Below, piece by piece: positions 12,296 through 25,642 of a stretch of 64,000 nt of DNA (positions are counted from its first letter, which is position 1; every line of letters starts with the position of its first letter). The translations under genes were made by a program, and so were the position numbers. Under the pieces are notes generated by a model. The model was not told where the DNA came from and made no database searches. It worked only from the letters and a program-made list of their open reading frames with translations. The DNA lies in contig NW_024704748.1 of NCBI RefSeq assembly GCF_018977255.1, forward strand, positions 17,856,001 through 17,920,000, written 5' to 3'. Source of the DNA: Callorhinchus milii. Lineage: Eukaryota.

Positions 12296-15200
12296 TTAAT
12301 GTTATGTCATCAGACATGGTGCCATTTTATCCAGAGGTAGATAGTCAATTCCATTTTAGATAGTCCTCCTCAGTCCTTCTTCTAATTTTTCAGAAATGTA
12401 CTTGAAATGTTAACAAACACAATGTTAACAAGCAAACAAAACTTTGGGGTTTCATATGTAATGTGAAATAATGATTAATAAAAAAAATCCTGCACAATCC
12501 TGGTGTACCTTATGTACCTGATGGAACTCCACTCAGATGTTGATTTCTTCTAGGCAGTGGGAGCATTTCCTTGGCTGCAATCAGACTTCAAAGAAACCAC
12601 AAATGTGATTTGGCAATGTTTCAGATGGTTGTCATCAAACATATCTATCTACATTGAGTATTCCATATTTGAGCATATTTTTAAGATTCAATGCCTATAG
12701 TTTCCCTCGCCTTTAGCTGTTGTACCTCTCTGCCTCCCATTGATCTCCAGATATCAACTCCTGGAATTCCCTTCATAAGATATAAGTACTCCATATCATG
12801 GTAAATATACAGCTAATGTGTCTAATTTCATCACAACACTAGTATTTTTCTTCTTGTGATGGTGTATAAATTGGAATTAAGATTTATATTGTCTGACTAT
12901 AACCACTCCTTTGTTTTGTTGCCCTCCTCATTGCTTAGCTTTGATATGGATGATTTGGCAGCTGGCATACAAGAGACGCAATGCGTTTCTTAAGAAAACC
13001 TTCCACGAAATATAACTTTTCTCTCCAGCATTTTTTGTTGTTTTGGAACTGCACTATATGCTCCTCACTCCCTGTGGACAAAAATCTATGTACTTGTTTC
13101 AGTTTAAAACCAGTATTTAAAAATTAATCAGTTGTGTAGAAATGAGCCTAGCACTTCTATTCTTAGATCTTTGCTTTTGCTTTGTCCAGTTGGAAAGAAA
13201 CTCTAAAGGCAGATGGCATGGATCAGTGATGCTCTCAGTACAGATTACTGTAAAATGAACTGATGCATCAGGTGGAATATTCTGGACATCAAGGTGTGCT
13301 TTATAAGTTAAGTCCAAGGGATTTAGAATGTGATATTCCAGCAAGAGTCAGAAGTAGTAAGTAGCAATTCCTGCTGGTATCTGATATATTGTGACGCAAA
13401 TGACTGGGATTTGTTCCAGAAGCAGATTGTGACATTCCCATGGGTCAGTGTGGCACACTTCTGTTCACTATTTGTAACTCTTGTGGTGAATATCGGATTT
13501 TACACTCAATAGTGTCCACAATGCTCCCAGAACTAGTAGCTTGTGTCATACATATACAAATGTGGTCATTAGGTATTTTACCTGGTACATCAAATTCTAA
13601 CCAGTAGCAAATAATTTTCAGAAAATGTAAGGACTGTATTAATGTCTAGATTGCTATTAAAGGTCTTGCGGTCTAATGGTTGCCACTTTGAATATTATCT
13701 TATACTGTTTCTCTTAATACAGTATGGAGGTGTTTGCCAGCACCAGAGTGGGTGTTAAATACATTTGGATTCAAAAGTTGAAATATTTACAGACGGAATT
13801 GCTCTTTTTGTGCTGTTGCTACTGACTGTTTAATCCTGACAGCAGTGTGCGTGTGCTTCTTCTAGTATAATGATACCTTGCTTTTGATATAATGACCAAA
13901 AATGTGCATTTCTACAAAAATCTGCCGGAAAATTTTTCCTGCAGATTTAAAATAAAGCAGACATTTTCCATTTGATTGTCAACACAACACACTTGTTTTG
14001 TATTCGGTTGAAATCGTGTGAATACAATTTAAACACAGATTTCTTGGATCACAGTAATGACTAGGTGGTTTATAACACACAAAAATGTCAAAACCCACAT
14101 ATGTGCCTACTAAGCGATTTTGTGGTGCTTTATGATGGAAGTTACTTGCAGTTACTATCAAAGTTGATAGGAAAGACATCACTGTGTAACTCCGGCCATT
14201 TTGGATTGATGTGGGTTATATTGTCCAGTTCCCTGTAACATGCATTGCCTATTGAATACTAGGAACACCAGCCTACTGTGCTCCTAACTGCACAAGCTGT
14301 TCACAGATTGCAGGAGAATATTCCAATTGCTTCCTGATGCGCAGATGAGAGAAAGTGACAGATAATCCAATCATATTAAAATGTACTTCTCTCAGGTGAT
14401 GGCTGAGAATATTGCTTGCAGTCCAGTTTAATTTTTGTTGGGGGGAATTTTTTCCCTTTTTGTACATTTATGCTGTTCACTAGCTTACACGGGTAGTGTT
14501 ATCAAGTCAACTTAAGTGTAGCTGACACAAATAGATTTTCATTTCTAGTAAGTGCTGTGGCTTATTTCTAACCCATTAGGAACACCAGATGTGATTTACT
14601 TATACAGCAGTTCTTGAAATTCAGCACCAATAAGGAACATCTGAAGGTTTTCACAAAGGTTCAACTCTGTTGTAAAATATATGTGTTAAAATTCAAATAT
14701 TTAAGGTGTGTGTTTAGGAAGTGTCACCATGATATTCAGGAATTTTTTGATGCAATATTGCCTAGTGTTCAGGTTGATACATGGTGTTTATAAGTAACTT
14801 CCATTTGATAATATCGTGATTTGTTATCTACATTATAAATTGGCCTAATCTCTTCAAAGTCAGCTTCAAAGAAAGCAAAAATACTGTATCGATTTTGTGA
14901 AAATGTTTTGTGTAATTAACCTCAAGCTTGCAATTTATTACATTTGCATCTGCACTGTTCCTGCTATTGAAAACAATGGTTCAAGTCATGTTCCCCACTC
15001 CCTCACCCCAAGCAATTGTAAGAGTTTGAGATATACCCAAAGTTTGCAGAACTTTGAATTATAATACTAATAACTAATAATATTTTTAATTGTTTGAAAT
15101 AAGTACTTTTGAATTATCAACGAGAAAGCTGGTCTGCTCCTCCAGCACATATGATTAGGTCCTGAATGCAAACTAAGCTATTTTTCTTAATGGGTAATGA

Positions 15201-17004
15201 CTCAATTTTCAAAAACAAATTTCTAAGATTGCTGTAATTCAAAATTTGGAGTTAAAATATAATGATGGTACAAGGAGCAGTACATAGGCAGCTGAGGTCT
15301 AGCACATTAATATACTAGCATATTGCACCATGGTCAAAGATATATCCAAAGTCACCTTCACTAGATTTTCTCATTTATTTGGACAGTCTCGGTCCTTGAT
15401 TTTTCCATGGTCCCAGTTAATACCAAGTCATAACTAGCCATTGGGAGATATGATTTCCAACAGAATGTACTGGCTTGTCAATTCCACTGCAGTGGGGCAT
15501 TCTCTTACTGGGAAATGTTAGTTGTTTCCTACTAGTTCTTTCATCATTCAGTTGGAAATGGGAATTACATTTCGAGCTTAAAATAACAGGGTTGTTATTC
15601 AAGCTTTTTTTTAGTAGATATAGTTCAACACTTGACTGCCAAAGAGAAGGTCACAAATTGGCGTATCAGGTCTGCTTATTGCTCAGAGTTGCTTGGTTGG
15701 ATGAGTTTTGTCAGTTCTCAGCCAAAGTGCCAGATGGATTGGCACATGTTCATAAGGTGTTTCATCTTGAGGCAGAAGAAAAACTGGTTAAACCCAACTT
15801 ACGCCATTTAACTCATATCTCCTGGTGGATAATCACAGATCAAAGGGGGGAGAAGACTGGAGAGATGAATACTATTTTTTTAAAATTATTTAAAGTTTAT
15901 TAGATTAAATAAGATTTCCATGCAAGGGAGTGAAGAAATGAGGACCTCAATCTTCACTGGATTAATTTAGAATTTAGTATAATTCTAGGGCTGAAGTCTG
16001 ATCTTCTAACAACCCAGGTTTCTTTCAGCCTTCTCTTTTGCACATTATGTCCTATTCGTGAAGTACTTGTGACATTATATTTATTTCCAGTGTTTTGCAT
16101 TTATCCGTATTCAATTTTATTTGCCAAAAATAAGCACAGGGGAACACCCTATCAAGCTCTCTTTGTACGATTTTGGCTGCCTCCTCTAATTTCACAGCTC
16201 CACTAGCTTGGTTTCATCTGCAGGTTAAAGTAGTTTGTATATTACTTCACCCTAATCAAGGTCACTTATGCATACTAGCATGTCCCATGCTCTATATTTC
16301 TGAATTTGATCTTGTTTGCTGCAACTCCAGTTAACCTTAAGCAAAATTGATTGAATCTGAACGTTGGAATAAAAAAAACACCTGCTGTAACTTTCTCTCT
16401 CCTTCAAAGATGATGGATTTATTACAGTAGCACTTGGGATGTGTGGCATTAGTGTTTTTGTAAAAAAAACATTCTATAACCTTAAAGTACTTTACCTATT
16501 TCTCGGTCTTGGACCTTTTTGCATCACACACAGTTATGGTGTCTCTACTTATTCCATCCTTGTGGCATAACAGTTGAGAGCAGAAACTGGCTTGTGTTTA
16601 GCTACCAATGGATTCTATGTCATCGATGGTCATTGCATTGGTGCAGTAAACCATGAAATTTATTCCACCTAATCTGAAGTACTCATTGATTGAGTATGCC
16701 AATCAGATCATTCCCTAAATAGGTGCTATATACAAACATAGTACTTACTTTACTACTCATTGACCTGTCCCTGGGAGGGTTTAGCACCTCCTTAAATTCA
16801 CCTTCTCCCTTTGGGGTGTAACCTCAGAATAAAATCTATTCACAAGTCTGCCTGAGCATCCAGCTCATGTCAACAATTCCTCTCATGGTTTGCCATTCTG
16901 GGTGTACTCCATTTAGCAGGGCTCTCTAAGATAGCAGCTGTCAATGCACTTATGTGCAAAGAGTAGAGATGTACTCCGAAGTTTGCACTGGATATACCAT
17001 TCCT

Positions 17005-17478
17005 GGCTATACCAGGAATGGGGAAGCTTAGCTATGAGGACAGGCTGGAAAAGTTAGGACTTTTCCCATAAGAGCAGAGAAGGTTACGAGGGACCTGATA
17101 GAGGTCTTCAAGATCATGAAAGGTTTCGACAGGCTAGATAGGGAAAAGCTGTTTCCGCTGGTAGGTGTGTTTGTGACTCGTGGTCACAGTCTTAAGATAT
17201 CTACCAAAAGAAGCAGGGGGGAGGTTAGAAGAAATGTTTTCACCCAGCGAGTTGTTAGAATTTGGAATGATCTGCCCGAAAGGGTAGTGAAGTCCGATTC
17301 GATAACAGCTTTTAAGAGAGAACTGGATAAGTATCTGGGGAAGACGGGTTTGCAGGGTTATGGGGAGAAAGCTGGTGAGTGGGGTTAATAAAAGTCAGTT
17401 GCTCTGTCAAAGAGCCAGCACAGACTCGATGGGCCAAATGGCCTTCTTCTGTGGCGTAACATTCTATGATTCTATGAT
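17005..17478 (+). mobile_element. CR1 LINE 3' end (ORF2 C-terminus and 3'UTR), relatively well preserved
   Basis: Translates LSYEDRLEKLGLF...DLIEVFKIMKGFDRLDREKLFP...TRGHSLK...RNVFTQRVVRIWNDLPERVV...FKRELDKYL. It ends in the CR1-type octamer tail ATTCTATG x2. Confidence 0.95.
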
Positions 17479-18499
17479 AGCACTGGGTTATTTTGAGTTG
17501 ATCCAAATTGATCCCCATCTACAATCCAGGCAGTGGAGGTACAAGAATGCAAAAGAGGTTCTGTAGCTGTGTAAGGGTTAAAGCAAACAATTGAGTGCAA
17601 TGCATTACCTAGTGGCTATATCTCAAGCCCCTAAAGTAGAAATGACTGCCTGTAAATCATTTCCAGCTGGGGAATATTAAAGTCATGGGACTTTAAAAGA
17701 TCTGCAGGTCTTTTGTAATTGTTACAATCACAATGGTTCTTTGTGTCTGTTCAATATGAATATTTTTAACATTGTGGCTTACTTGCATGTCTGCAACCAT
17801 AGCTGATAACATTTGACCTGACCACTGGTTGAGGACAAAAATGTCTGGCAACAATGTACCCCAGCTGGCTCTCTACCATCGTTAAAGTGAGATCATTTAT
17901 GATGCTTAATATTTTTACTACAGACTAAGGGTTTTGTTTCTCCTTTAATCCACAATGACTCCACAATGTAAATCCACAGGACTGAATATCGGGGAATATA
18001 TTAATCCACATAAGACAGAGAGTTAACTTTGGGCAGCAATTTATAACCATGGATGACTTGCTCTTAATAAGGGCTGTTGGGTTAGGCAGCAAGGAATGCT
18101 CTGCATTGTACAAACAAGAGCTGATAAGCAATCACATAAAGGGAGAGCAGTCATTGGGTTATAAACCATCTGCTGCTGCTGCTATTTCGGTCCTTATGTA
18201 TCACGTTTACATTTCAACGGTGTTGATGGGACCTGACAAATATGGTAAGCTCACTCGGAATCTTGGGAATTGTTAAACCAGTGTTTTGAGAACATTATAC
18301 GTAGAACTTTTTTAAGTTTATATGAGCTGAGTGCATTTATTCAGATCTTTTCTGTGTGTTTCTTTAACTCTGCAGTGGGTAATATCTTTAACTCAATAAT
18401 CTCAGCTGGTATTTTTAGCCCTGATGTAACGCCACAGTGAGTTTCTGTATCCAAGTAGACATTAATTGGATCATCAGGTTTCATCTTTAGCAGGAGAAC

Positions 18500-18535
18500 A
18501 TGGGAGTGCAGGAGGGAGCAGACAGACTGGAGCAA
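18500..18535 (+). CDS. ANK3: Candidate alternative first coding exon of ANK3 (MGVQEGADRLEQ)
   Basis: Strong Kozak context AACATGG, in-frame TAG at 18488-18490, 12 codons ending at a consensus donor CAA|GTAAGT in phase 0, matching the phase-0 exon 2 acceptor. Confidence 0.6.
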
Positions 18536-19042
18536 GTAAGTGCTCAAATAAGGCACAATGTCTTTGCTTCAGGTACTATTATGATTTGCTGTATAATTTT
18601 TCAGTTGATGAATAGGTTACGTATAAGATACAAATTGTAGCTTAGCTAATATGGACGTTATGAATGTGATTCGGACGAGAGCAACTCGTCATCCACCGTG
18701 TAAGCCTCTTAGAGTAAATATGGACTTATATGTTTGACTGGAGAGATCTGAGAATTAATGTCTTAAGGTGCACATGTGCAGAAACTGAAAAGAGACCAGA
18801 AAACAAATGTTCCTTGAATTAAATTAGTTATGAATCAACAATGTGGTACTGAGCCAAATACGAACCCAATTGAATTTGATAGATTGAGTGAGATCGGGTC
18901 ACAACTCTGGGTCTTGCTGGGGTTGGTAAAGGCTGTGTTCTTACGTGAGTCTATACTTAATTAAATAACACGTTGTGAACAATGCCAAGGGAAACGTTTA
19001 AAACATTGAAAATATTAGTGCTGACATAAAAGCCAGTGTTGA

Positions 19043-19062
19043 TGTGTGTGTGTGTGTGTGTG
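19043..19062. repeat. (TG)10 microsatellite
   Basis: Read directly from the sequence. Confidence 0.9.
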
Positions 19063-19336
19063 TTTATGGATCTGAGAATGAAAATTAAATTAAAAATCAA
19101 AATTTTGAAAATATGTGAGGTGCAAACTATGATGTGTTATCACTGATCATAGTGAACGCATCACATTTTTTGCTACAACATTAGCTTTCATTTTGATACT
19201 AGTACTAATACTAATAACAAATTTTACACTGAGCATTAATTTAGTGTTTTATACAATGCTGACTTATATTCTTTAGAGCAGCCATTATATTCATTTAAAG
19301 CATTTGCCAATCTTTTGCACCACTGTTGGTGTTATA

Positions 19337-19650
19337 AAATAATAATAATAATCCTTGCATTTAATATAGTACCTTTCATGTTGGGAGGACATCTTGGAGC
19401 ACTTCACAGGATTTACTGTAAAGTGGAGTGATTGTGTATTTTGTATGCAAAAGCAGCAGCTAACATTTGCTTCGTAATCTCCCATGAAGTGATTGAGCAA
19501 TTTTATCCGGTGTAATATTGGCCTGGACACTTCTCTTTTCAAATAGTGTGATGGGATCTTTAACATTCATCGGAACTCAGTTTAACATCTCAACGGAGGG
19601 ATGGTACAATGATGCAGCACACACCCATCAGAGTGTCAACCTAGACTTCT
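19337..19650 (-). mobile_element. Deu-type SINE (tail and core)
   Basis: (AAT)n-ccttgcattt...ttcacaggatttactgtaaagt...ttctcttttcaaatagtg..atgggatctttaacattca...gtttaacatctca, the reverse complement of the 59.6-kb element. Confidence 0.8.
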
Positions 19651-21448
19651 GAGTTCAATCTGTTCAATGCAACAGTAGAATGATCATTCAAAGCACTGGA
19701 AAGCCTCATTGTATGGTTAGACTCTGAAATAGTGTGCCTTCAGGAGGGAGCAAACATTTCATCAGATTTTTCTTGCAAAGCTGCTTGTTCTGCTTAACCT
19801 GCAGAAGACCTGTCGAGCATGAATGTGATTTTATTAGATCATGATAGATCTTTTAATCTCAATCCTGCCCTTTTTCCATATCTTGCTATAGATCAGCGGA
19901 GAGCTTTACATTGAAAAGGTTGTCTCTACATTTTCTTTCTCCGATGTATATATTTTTTGAAACAATATTTTGTTGTTTTCCTCTTCAACTGTGCCTTCAA
20001 TCACCTCTCCTCCCTTTTCAACTCGGTATTAAACTTCACTGCTTGTTAAGAGTTTAGATGTTACCTTCGAGAAGTGTGCTACATAGAGGCATATTGTTTT
20101 ATTTTTCTACTTTTACCTTGCACCTTTCCTCACTGCACCCCTAGCTGAGAGGGACCTGCTCCCAATATGCTTTAGGCAGAGAAACTAGGGTGTGTGTGAG
20201 CGCTGGCTGGGATAACTTGTCCTACAATTTCACCTTCTATGTGGGGGAATCACTTCTCTTTCTGCTCAATGTCTTCTTGGTCAACACAGATCAGTCAAGG
20301 GTGGCCAATTTTAGACAAAGTATAGAAGTCAAGGAAAATCTAGCTTGTATATCATTTATAGAACTGACCAAGGTTAGTGTGGTTAGAATATTGATTCTTG
20401 GTATTAATGTGAAGTTTAAAGTCTAATATTCCTATTAAAAATAAACAAGATGGAAGTTGTCTAACCTTTGACTTGCATCAATGCAGGATGGAGTATTTTG
20501 TTCCCTATGAGTCTGCTCATGAATAAGAATTAAGTGGCCTGGGAGGCTTGTGAAAATATTCGTGCCTAATAGAATTTACAACAGATGAGGAAATAGCAGA
20601 GAATACATTTCATTTAATACAAATTGATAAAACCTTGTAGGATCATCCTGATTAATCTCACAATGGCTTTCTAATATATTTAGGGTATGCCATTGCAATT
20701 CTACATGCAGAGAAATGAATCCTGTTATCACTAGAGGTCAAGTTACGTGGTGCATATGGGCAAGCTGGCCATCCAATTTAAACATAATACTATGTTTCAA
20801 TCCATTGCTAACAACATTACCTCTGCTACACAAATGCTAAGAAACAATTTCATTCAAAAAATATTATAACAATCAACCAACATAGTGTTTTTCAAAGGAA
20901 TAGCGTCTTTTGAGTTTGACATGATAATGGTAAAACTGCTCGAGTTTCATTTGGTTTATATCATTCTGATCCTTTCCAAGGCAATGCCTTGAAGCATATC
21001 TGATATACACCATGCAATTCAATTGTCCTAATGCTCTATGACCAGTTTATCACTTGGAGTGTGATTCTCCTTTCATTCTTATTCAAGGAAGAAGAATTCA
21101 AACCTTGAGTTGTTTTCAGTGGAACCAAAATATTTGGAAGTAATTTAGATTTGGGGGCTCTACACTGTGACATATGCACTGATGTAAATATAACCCCAAA
21201 TGAGTGTATTAGTTACGTGATTGAAAGGGGCGGTACAATAGAAAAATAATGACTCTTTCTGCATAGATTTTTCACTGTCCCTCATCTCTAGTGCTGCAAA
21301 TCTTTGGTCAAAACCACTGGCATGAGCAGAACTGTAAACTTATCAGTTTACATTTGAAGGCAACCTTTCATTCATGGACCTTATAACTTTACACTTTGCT
21401 ATAATGCAAAAACCAGGTTGCTACTTAAAGCCAGGATGAAAAGTACAT

Positions 21449-21699
21449 CCTCTGGAACTCTATCCCCCAGTGCCTTCGCCTTGCCTCCTCTCTTTCCTCC
21501 TTCAAGGCCGGTCTCAAGACCTTTCTCTTTGACCGTGCCTTCAGCTCCCCTCTCGACTCTCTACCCCCTCCTCGCTCCCTACCTTCCCTCCCCTCACCCT
21601 GACCATTTCCCCCCTGCTCGGGTCCTGACCCAACTGTACAGCGCCTTGGGACGTCCTCCCGACGTGAAAGGCGCTCTATAAATGGAATCTTGTTGTTGT
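21449..21699 (+). mobile_element. L2 LINE 3' end, subfamily B, young, sense orientation
   Basis: Encodes LWNSIPQCLRLASSLSSFKAGLKTFLFDRAF, with stem-loop and (TTG)n tail. GTACAT on both flanks is a possible TSD. About 5 mismatches to the 41.1-kb copy. Confidence 0.92.
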
Positions 21700-21856
21700 A
21701 CATTGCTTTTATTGTCTGTGTTATTGTACTTGCCACTAAAACTGAACTGAATTGTAAATTGTAATCTGTTGAAATCTTGCATGTGTAAACATGAATTTAA
21801 CCTCATGATGACTGCACTGAAGTTGATAGATCATACCATGCAAATTATATAAGCTA

Positions 21857-22168
21857 CAACAACAACAAGATTACATTTGTATAGCGCCTTTCACGTCGGG
21901 AGGACGTCCCAAGGCGCTAGGCAGTGTACAGCATTTCAGACCCGAGCTGGGGTCAGGGGGAGAAAAAGGGAGGGGAGGGGAAGGGGGTGACCGATGGCAT
22001 GGTCGAAGAGGAGGCTTTTGAGGCGGGACTTGAAGGAGGCTAAGGAGGGGCCGAGGCGGAATTATTGGGGGATGGAATTCCAGAGGTTGGGGGCAGAGTG
22101 GTTGAAGGCTCTCCCGCCAATGGTGGGGCGGGTGGGTTGGGGGACGTGGAGCAGGCCGGCTGAGCAGA
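21857..22168 (-). mobile_element. L2 LINE 3' end, subfamily A
   Basis: The minus strand encodes SAGLLHVPQPTRPTIGGRAFNHSAPNLWNSIPQ. AAGCTA at 21851-21856 and 22171-22176 is a likely TSD. Confidence 0.92.
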
Positions 22169-24864
22169 AAAAGCTAAGACTTTTTCCACATAGACCGCCA
22201 TTGCTGAGCAACATTTTGCCTCGTGAATGACTGATGTTCCCCTCTGCCCCCAAAGACATACAAAGTTGCCTATTTAATCAATATCTACAACTGAAATTAG
22301 AACCAATTCTTCATTTCTTTTATCCAAAGATATGTTGTCCGTCCAATTCTATATGAACATTCCTGAGGGTGAGATTCCAACTTTTTATGGTTTCCACTCA
22401 CTTTTACGTTGAACCCTTCACCCCCCCAACCCCCCCACCCCCCCTCCACACACACACACACCATCTTGTACTGAATGTATGGGGACCTGTTCTCGGGTTG
22501 TTTCTGAAATCAGTTGCAAAACTGTGCTTGAGAACCCACTGCAGAGCCAGATGTTGTGTCTCACTGAAAGCCTTTGCTTGACTTGACTCTTCCCGGCAGG
22601 AGATTTGGCAGCTCCACTGTGTAGTATAAATGTGAGAACGATGTCTCAACATGTGGGATTCCAGGTATAGTGTAACCGCAGTATTGTACAATGTCAGGAT
22701 GGCTTCTGAGGAATTGACTCAGCTGATCTATTCGTTTTAGACCAACATTCTGTTCACATTGTTTATTGCCAGCTCACACTCGTTGTGCTTGGTGGGTGAC
22801 AAAACAACAGCTGCAGGTGAAGACTTTAAAATGAGCTTACAATCAAAATAAATCGTAAAGCTTTAAACAAGTAACATTGATCAGAAATAAAATATCACAT
22901 GAATCAGTACATGCACTATGTCAAATGTGTTAAATTATTGTGCAAAATATCATTGCGCTGAACGTATCTCTCTTCATCAATATTCCTTATAACATTGTTA
23001 TAACCATTATAAGAATAATTCTTGTATTTGATATAGCACCGATTGCAAGACATTTCAAAGTGTTTGACAGAGAGTGGTGTAGTGACTGTGTATCTCCAGG
23101 TTTTAAAACATTAAACATTGATTAAGGTTTTGTAATATAAAAAGTTCATGGTGATGTTGTTATTTATTGAATGTACAGTATTTGTTTAGTGCTATAAATG
23201 CAGACATCAACATAGATTGAGATGTCATTTCTTTTCAAAGTCTCCCAGGTAACTGACTTGTAGAAGTTCTGTAAAACACGTGTGTGTACATTAAACTGAA
23301 AAGCCCTCTCACTTCTTGGAATGTATAGAAAAAGAGAATGTTGCAAATCCTATTAAATAGAGCCAAGAATCTTATGACAGGACTCCACCAAAGTAGGAAA
23401 GAAAATCAGGGAAGTTCAGGGGTAATAGCTCAGTGACAATAAGCTTGGGTTTTAAAACTATAAATTGTACAAAGAAGGGAAGTTCCACAATCTTGAAATT
23501 CCAAGACAATATGAGTTGAGAGAGAAAGAGTGCAATGAACTTTGATTTCAACACAGTGATATTAATTTAATTCTTTATTTGCAATGAAGTAATACAAGTG
23601 AATATAGTATTTCACGTTATTTCACCCAACTGTTTAAATGTTCGGATGAGAAAAAGCTAAACACTACAATTAAGAAATGTCTCGGGGAGGGGCAAAGAGT
23701 AGATAATGAGTGTTTTTTCCCCCTAATAGACTAGTGCATTAGAATATTATTATTATTATGCTTTTGCAAATAAACGTCTGTGCTGTATTGTGTCAGACTA
23801 CTATCTCTCCCTCTAGCGACACTTGAAAGTTCCCCACTAACAGCTGAACATTTGTTGCTTCCCTTTGTGTAAAACCTTCACTTGCATGGTTATTTGTTAT
23901 AGCATAAACAGTTTCCATCTTTTCAATGTAATTATGGTTGATTTCAAATTGTGTGCCGAGGAAACAGTTGTATCCAATTCTCTGGAGCAGTGAATACATA
24001 TTCTAGCCCCTGAGCTAGAATTTTGGCCTTGTGCTGACCCATTGCATATAAAACCATCACTGTACTGGAGTTGTTTTCTTGTTGGCAACTTTTAACAAAA
24101 ATGGAACAAAAAAAAAACTAACAAAGGGACTCTTCTCTGCCATTGGCTATGTGTAATAGCAAAGAGGAAATAAAAGGCTGGACCCACTCTGATGTACATA
24201 AGCACTTAGGTACTATATTTAGGTTGGAATAGGTTTTTAAAAATAGAAAACTCCATGATTCACTTTGCTAGCTCAATGTTTCATGGCTTGAAGGTTATAG
24301 AATCTATTGTCTCCGATTCATTGAATGAATAGAATAAGTTGTCTCTTTCAGATTAGAGCAAGATGGGCCATGGTCTTTTTTTCGTCCAGAATTTCCTATG
24401 TTATGTAATTGTTTGTTTCCCAGAAAGCAGCAAGAACTTTGTTTTGGAGTAATTTTAGTGCCATTTATATAGCACTTATGTTTTAGTTGGATTGTTCAGA
24501 TAACTTATTGGAAACATTTGTAAAATTCAGTAACAATATTAATGATGATGTGAGCAAACTGATATTAATCTTTTGCTGGCATTCTTTTCATTAGGCTGCT
24601 TCTGTTCACTAGATCTGGACTTAACACAATTTTAACTCACAGGTTGCAATTAGTGGTCTCTTGGTCTGGGTCCTCACTGGTACAGATTAGAAGTTTTTTT
24701 AAAACATCATAAATCTTGGGAACAAAAAATGGTATCAGGACAAACACAGAAAAGCAAGTAGAAATGAGGTTCAGCAGATTAGAAAACATAAACTGTTTAA
24801 GTACGTATCATATGCCTGTCCAAAGACGGAACTAATGTTGCATATTTGATCTCCAGTGTTAATG

Positions 24865-25232
24865 GGATGAGGTGTGAGGAATTACTAAATATATTAGAGC
24901 TTATTGGAAAGGGATGTCTCAGAGAGCACTTATTGAAGTACGTAAGATGATAAGTGAGAAAGAGAAAATAAATGTACAATAATACTGTGTTATACCAAGG
25001 CGGCAGGATACAAGAGGCACTGGTTCAGGGTTTTGAAGGGCAAGTTTAAGACGGAAAGGAAGTATTTCTTTACATAGTGGGTAATAAACAGCTAGAATAG
25101 GTTACCAGGGAAGGAGGTTGAGCCCAGGACATTGGAAACAATTTAAGAAATAATTTGATACTGCAGTGGGAAGAAGATAAGGTGGCTGAGTTCAAGTGGA
25201 CTAAAATAATTTTTTCACCTTTCTTGTGATTT
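24865..25232 (+). mobile_element. Degenerate CR1 LINE 3' end
   Basis: 'cttattgaagtacgtaagatgata...acaagaggcac...aagtttaagacg...aggaagtatttctttacatagtgggtaata...aataggttacca', a decayed LIEVYK/TRGH/RKYFFTQRV/WNRLP. Confidence 0.8.
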
Positions 25233-25642
25233 TGTCCTGAAGATTAATAACAGCAATCTTTATTACTGTGCAACATTGGCATGACCACACATTTTGATAA
25301 GCCTAACACACCATTGTATTATGTTAAAAGAAGGTACTATGGCACCTTAGAGATTCGGTAACTCCACTCGAAATAATTAAAAAATACATTAAACCATCTT
25401 ATTAAGCCTGCTGAGCCTTGTTAACTCAGGTTTAGATAAATGTACAACACAGAGCTCTACCTTTCAATAAATATAGGAATCTTTTTGTACAATTGAAAGA
25501 TTTGGGTACCATATTATGCTACAAAAAGCTATCTCTTTGACCGACCATGCCTGTAGCCACCTCCTCTCTCTCTTGCTTGGCCTCTGACCCAGGCTTTGTA
25601 AAGTGCTCTGAGATGTTAGATTCTGTGAAACTGTGCACAATT

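Noticed and set aside
14620-14640. TTCAGCACC as a REST/RE1 site
   Set aside because: Only the left half-site; no GGACAG right half at a valid spacing.
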